A stretch of DNA of 64,000 nucleotides, taken from assembly GCA_964019425.1 (NCBI GenBank), contig OZ025790.1, positions 868,001-932,000 on the forward strand, written 5' to 3'. Shown here in pieces: positions 58,744 through 64,000 of the stretch. Source of the DNA: Flectonema sp. DT1601. Its lineage: Eukaryota. The translations under genes and the position numbers were made by a program. Position 1 is the stretch's first letter. Every line of letters begins with the position of its first letter. The notes beneath the pieces are model-generated. The model had not been told where the DNA came from. It did no database searches and saw only the letters and a program-made list of their open reading frames with translations.

Positions 58744-59194
58744 TAATATTATTCATACAAAATAAGTATGGAAAACGACGATCGACCACTACGACTTACG
58801 GTAGTGGGGGGGAGAAAAAAAAAAAGAAATTTTCATTCCACACGCCTAGAATATATAAACCTATCCCACTAAAGCCGAAGACAAACAGCAAGACAGGAAT
58901 GGAAAGACGAATACAGGTGCAAAGACATGTTGTACACACAATATCCCAATAAGACTTTCTCAGGAATCTCGGAAACCGATGATAAGGAGGTTAATCAAAA
59001 AAAAAAAAAAAAAAAAAGACAACTACATGGATGAAAATATCTCATTTTTTTTTATTTTTTTTTTTTGACCCGACATAAAAATCCCACTCCAATCAATGGT
59101 TGTGTATTTCAAGCCGTTATTTATTTATTTATTTTTTTCGTTCATCAAAATTAATAAGTCGGAGGGAGGGAGATACCAACATTAAAAAAGACTA

Positions 59195-59719
59195 TCAGAA
59201 GAGAGCGTACATCTTGTCGGACTTGCCAAGTCCATGAAATACAACTTTCTGAGGGCAATAGCAAGTCATTTTTTGAGTAGTTGGTGCGGTAATGCAGTAT
59301 GGAGCTCCCATCCACCAATTGTTAGTGGTTCCATAGTGTCCTTGGGCAATTCGGAAATTTTGGCAAGTGACAGATTTGTTTCCCGTTCTAAGAGTAAGGT
59401 TTCCAAAGATACCAAAGTTCAACTCATGTGGTAACATATCAATCATATTCTTAGTTGCTAAAAGGTTCACGAGAATTACTCCGTCAACAAAAGCAGCTGC
59501 GCATTCTTCGCTCCCGTGTCTTCCGGCAGAAACCTTAATGCCATTACCGCTTTGTGTAACACCTCCATATGGTTGTCCCTTTGTGATAGCGTAGTGATCA
59601 ACACTGAAGTTAGCAGTCAGGGTACCATTTCCCTCAAAGTAAACCCAATTATCATGTTCTTTCTTCGCCTGAGCAGTGCAAGCGAAGAGGGCGAGAACAA
59701 TAGCAACACGTGTGAACAT
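59195..59719 (-). CDS. Small secreted protein, 174 aa, copy 2
   Basis: Signal peptide, conserved Cys, NFRIAQGHY..NNWWMG. Confidence 0.85.
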   Translation of the reverse strand: MFTRVAIVLALFACTAQAKKEHDNWVYFEGNGTLTANFSVDHYAITKGQPYGGVTQSGNGIKVSAGRHGSEECAAAFVDGVILVNLLATKNMIDMLPHELNFGIFGNLTLRTGNKSVTCQNFRIAQGHYGTTNNWWMGAPYCITAPTTQKMTCYCPQKVVFHGLGKSDKMYALF

Positions 59720-61649
59720 TATAGTTTTTGTTTTTTGTTTTTTGTTTTTTGTGGATTTTTTTCCTCTTTTTTGAAAAACGAATTAAATAATATTGAACTA
59801 CAGTTCTTATGTGTGGAGTCGATTTCGATCTCAACCGTGGCTGAGAGTGCAAGCAGCTGATTTTGTTATGTAATTCCTGTGGATGATGAAATGGTTTGTT
59901 TTCTTTTTGTATTCTCACATTCAAGTCAACAACAAGCAAGAAAATAACTGCTTTCCTTTCTTTTTTTTTTTTCTTCCACAATGGGAATCAAGGGAGGGAC
60001 ACGGTGAGTCCTGAACAAAGAGACTACAATATGAAAAGAGACAAGAATATGGAAAAAAAAAAAAAAAAAAAAAACGCTGTACCAGTAAGTCGATAATTGT
60101 GGGAGGGGAAAGGAAAAAAAAACTAGTTCGGCTTTGTTTTTAAGCATATCAAATAATTACTAGAATATCCTTTAAAAAAAAGGACAGAATTATGAAATAC
60201 ACGTCACGCTGCCTAGCAACTGAGTTTTTTTTTTTTTTTTTTTTTTTTTTGCTTCAGATATTTTTTTTTTTCTTGTTGAACACAACAAAAAAAAAAAAAA
60301 ATGAGAGGGGAATAAAATCGAAATTGAGAATGCGAAAGTTCCCAAAGGCAAGCTGTGCGAGAGGAGGGAAAATGAACAAATTTATTATTCAAAAAAAAAA
60401 AAAAACACGTGAGAGTGGTCGAAATTATTTTCAGAGAGAGTGTAATTTGCAAAGCAAGAGGGGTTGAATGTTTGAATTCATATAAAATACAACTGTTTTG
60501 TATCATATTAACAAAACGATAATCTAACATCTGTTAAGGATACAGCGAACTATGGCGATGCTTTAACGTTAACTATTTAGGTTTCGAGAGTAACTCACTC
60601 CTCTTTATCTCCATTCTACTCATCATCAGTTATGGTGTAGAAGTCAGTCAGTCAATTATTGTGACTGAATAACTCTCAGTCAGCAAAAGAAACAAGCATA
60701 GGGGGTAAGCTATTTGACTAGGTTTATACAAATATAAATCTCTGCATTGTATCAAAGCAAGGAGGGGAAAACAAAAGGGCGGAATGTTGCTTGTCTCGTG
60801 AATGCTTTCTTTTACATAAATAAAGTTTACTTATCACGAGGCAACACCAACATTCGTTTTTTTTTTTTTTTTTTTTTTTTTTTTTCTTTCTGCAGACATC
60901 AATAAATATTAATGTGGGAACACTAATCGTTTTGGGAAAATACTTTTTTTAAGTTCGTTGCTTACGAAGTCCACGAATTTCCTTAACCACTTTGTGTGGC
61001 GAAGACTACACGAACGGATCCCGTGATGAAATATCATCAAGAAAACGGTTTTTTCATCAACCAGCAGTGACTCAAGAAAAAAAAACCATTCAGATTAACC
61101 TTATATTTCGTTGAACGCAGACAAAATCCTGTCGCACGGGGGAAATAAATCATGACCATAAGAAATATCGGTTTTCAATCTGAATAGTTTCTTCTCCGAC
61201 TGCGTCGGTACAAAAAAAAAAAAAAAAAAAAAAAAAAAACGCTTCAAAATTTAATTTTGCGAATCGAAGGTTTTTGTTCCTTCTTAATTGTTATTCTTTT
61301 TTTTTTTTTTTTTTCCACAGAAAAAAAACTTCTTGGTAAGGAATAGTAAGAAAGGGGATATGTTTCGCAGGGACGTAGGGATATCCAGAGGAAAACGAAC
61401 TCTTCCTTCTTTGCAGTTGTCATCAATACAAAAACAAGAAGAACGAAGTGGAAGAGAGGGGAGGAATTAAAAAAAAAAAAAAAAAAAAAAAGAACTGTCT
61501 GGTTTATTGTGTAAACGTATCTATTAAGAAAATCTCCAAAAAAAAAGTCGGCAGTCAAAATACACAAAAAACAAGAAGAAAAATAATAATAAGGCCGATA
61601 AATTCAAATATAGAAAACACAGAAAAAAAAGGGGGAAAAAAAAACAACA

Positions 61650-62672
61650 TCACCCAGAGATCTGTCTGTACAACAAACACTCCTCTGAATTGAATGGTCC
61701 TAAAAGAGTCCCTTTTGATTTTTCAGAGGCTGCCGTACTAATGCTCCATATCGAACCGAAGTGGCTGAATTTTGTAGTATAAGTATTCTCCTGTAAGAGT
61801 TGTCTCCACCAACGTTGAATGCGACGAACTGACGTTGTTTTATAAAGCTCTACTCTACTACTGATAGCGTAGTATTCCGAAGGACTGACCGACAACGACC
61901 AATCAATTGCTAATAAGATCATCGCCTCTGCTAAGTTTAAATAATTTACATCCACTTTAAGAATCTGACAGAACACTGATCCAGACAAAGGTATCTCTCT
62001 TGGATGACCCTGTAGTGATGGCAGCTGATCAGGGAAGGATCCCTCTCCTCTAATCTTAGTCGCAATCATAAGAGAAACTACCACAATAGTTGGGAAAGGG
62101 AGTTCCATGGTTGATATAACTCGGGTGATTCTTTCGATGTATACCAGTGAGAATATCAAGATAGAGTTGTCTTTGGGACCAAGTACTCCCCACCTTTGAA
62201 GAATGCCAGATAGGGAACTCAAAGAAACATTGTGAGAATTACACAACAGCTGCCTGTATGCTGGTATAAGGGTTTTGCATCCATTGTATTCCCATGCAAT
62301 TTCTTGAAATTTTCCCCACCACCCGGATTCGATCCCAACCCTTCGTCGTTTTTCATGTCGGAGCCAGTCATGAGACACCCACAACCGATGTCTGGGTTGA
62401 CAATCTCTTTGTAGCTTTCTTTTACATTGTCGACAACATCGTTTCTTATTATTACCATATCCAAGAACGACTAGTCTAGCGCACTTCCTACCGTTTATAA
62501 CAGATTCAGGTAACTTTAATAAACATCCACTACAATCGGAACAGTACAGCAACCCACAGAGTCTACAGTGGTGTCGCCTCTTCCAAAGTGTAAAACCTCG
62601 CAAACATCCATTGCAAGAATCTCTTGAAGAGTCTGGTTGCCAATGTGGTCTTCGATCTTTATTGCGTATCAT
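61650..62672 (-). CDS. FYVE zinc finger + cyclin-like domain + IQ-like motif protein
   Basis: WQPD, RRHHCRLCG, CSDC, RCCRQC (FYVE). LIFSLVYIERI, SLMIATKI, LNLAEAMILLAIDWSLSVS (cyclin box). IQRWWR. Confidence 0.85.
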   Translation of the reverse strand: MIRNKDRRPHWQPDSSRDSCNGCLRGFTLWKRRHHCRLCGLLYCSDCSGCLLKLPESVINGRKCARLVVLGYGNNKKRCCRQCKRKLQRDCQPRHRLWVSHDWLRHEKRRRVGIESGWWGKFQEIAWEYNGCKTLIPAYRQLLCNSHNVSLSSLSGILQRWGVLGPKDNSILIFSLVYIERITRVISTMELPFPTIVVVSLMIATKIRGEGSFPDQLPSLQGHPREIPLSGSVFCQILKVDVNYLNLAEAMILLAIDWSLSVSPSEYYAISSRVELYKTTSVRRIQRWWRQLLQENTYTTKFSHFGSIWSISTAASEKSKGTLLGPFNSEECLLYRQISG

Positions 62673-62968
62673 ACTTTAGGGACTGTAAGAAAATAATAAT
62701 TGCATCAGATACAGATACTAGACACTGGAGTTCCATACGTACTGCCCGCTCTCTGATGTTGTAAGGATTTGTACCTTGTAAAAAAAAATAATATTTTTTT
62801 ATTTTTTTTTTTCAATCAACAAATCAAAATGCATACTTACAGAAGATGCATGCAGGTGCGCATTTATTGCGTGACAGCGGTGGCTGTCACCAGCAATTGG
62901 ACAAAGAAAAAGAAGAAGAAAAAAAACCCTCTTAGAGGAGGGGTGATAGCAGGAAGCAATTTGACAAC

Positions 62969-64000
62969 TTAGGCAAACTGTTCTTTCATTGCGAGATATC
63001 TCTTCAGGTCAGTTGGTGTGATTGAAGGTGTTGATGCTTCTCTTGCTTGAATCAAGTGTTTCTGAGTCACTACAATCGAAGATAAATTGTTAGAACTGTT
63101 TTCTTCATTATTTTCTGAGTCGGAATCAGACTCGTCGAGTTGACTGTCAGCAATCTTTTGAACTTCAGTATCGCGATCAGACTGAACCTTCGCAACCATA
63201 TCGTCTACAACACTTCTCATGGCAATCATTAGTGCTTCTGTGCTGAGGGAGTACATGTCTGCTCCGCTGTAGGTTTTAGGCATCTCTTCGGTAATTCTGT
63301 TTTGTGATTATTATTATTATTATTATTAATATTACCATTGTGAGAAGGTATTAACACATAAAGACATACGCTAAGAAATCAACATCGTCGTCGAGTTTCA
63401 TTTTGCGAGTTTGCGCTTTTAATATTGTTGCCTGCTCGGCAGATGTTCCAGCGACTCCTAAATAAACACATTTGTCGAATCTACCAGGACGGAGAAGTGA
63501 TTGATCTATTAAGTCAGGTCTGTTTGTGGCTCCAATTATAAAAACAAACTCATCAGGGTCACCTCCTAAGGAATCGACCTCAGTGAGTAGTTGTGCAACA
63601 ATGCGGTCCATAACACCTGCTGAATCACCCTTTGCACCTCTGTTAGGTACCAGGGCATCTAATTCATCGAAAAACACCACACATGGTGCTGCTTCTCTGG
63701 CTTTTTGAAATAACTCTCTGACATTTCTCTCAGACTCACCAACGTACATATTTAGCAGCTCTGGTCCTTTTACGCTCATAAAGTTTAGGCCGCATTCAGT
63801 CGCCACACCTTTGGCGAGGAGAGTCTGTGTTGTTTTGTTTTTTTAAATATGGTTTAAAAGGAGAAAACTGAGAGGAGAGAAAAAGAAGAAAAGAAAACCA
63901 ATACCTTACCACATCCGGGAGGACCAAACATTAAAATACCAGTTCTCGCTTTAAGACCAGAACCACTATATAGTTGAGGTTGGGTAAGAGGTAGATGAAT
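62969..64000 (-). CDS. PEX6: Peroxisomal/glycosomal AAA ATPase PEX6, 3-prime part (exons >64000-63905, 63824-63370, 63296-62969)
   Basis: [58 protein letters not shown] introns 63825-63904 and 63297-63369 restore the frame. Confidence 0.93.

Noticed and set aside
60578..60644. CUGAUGA...GAAAC on the minus strand as another hammerhead
   Set aside because: No matching stem III/UH strand, so at best a decayed copy

Overview
AT-rich eukaryotic genomic DNA, most likely euglenozoan and probably diplonemid-like. This is inferred from about 30 protein genes all lying on the minus strand, a few short GT-AG introns, a cruzipain-type protease and an LSU rRNA fragment with euglenozoan-style sequence. 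Recognisable genes are cyclophilin, a cathepsin L/cruzipain-like protease, Ubl-LRR proteins (one pseudogene), a TKL-type kinase, SPRTN, UBA3, a Dsc3-like protein, a Cid1-type nucleotidyltransferase, tandem sulfatases, CFAP57, a FYVE-cyclin fusion and PEX6. The most striking signal is a set of short non-coding insertions. They abut a GTTAG/GGTTAA motif, several have target-site duplications, two have empty paralogous sites, and some are nested. Two unrelated families carry a hammerhead-ribozyme core in a non-circularly permuted, pseudoknotted strand order, and one copy is truncated about 4 nt from the predicted self-cleavage site. A third, larger structured family interrupts two protein genes. 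All structures were folded by eye and are unverified.
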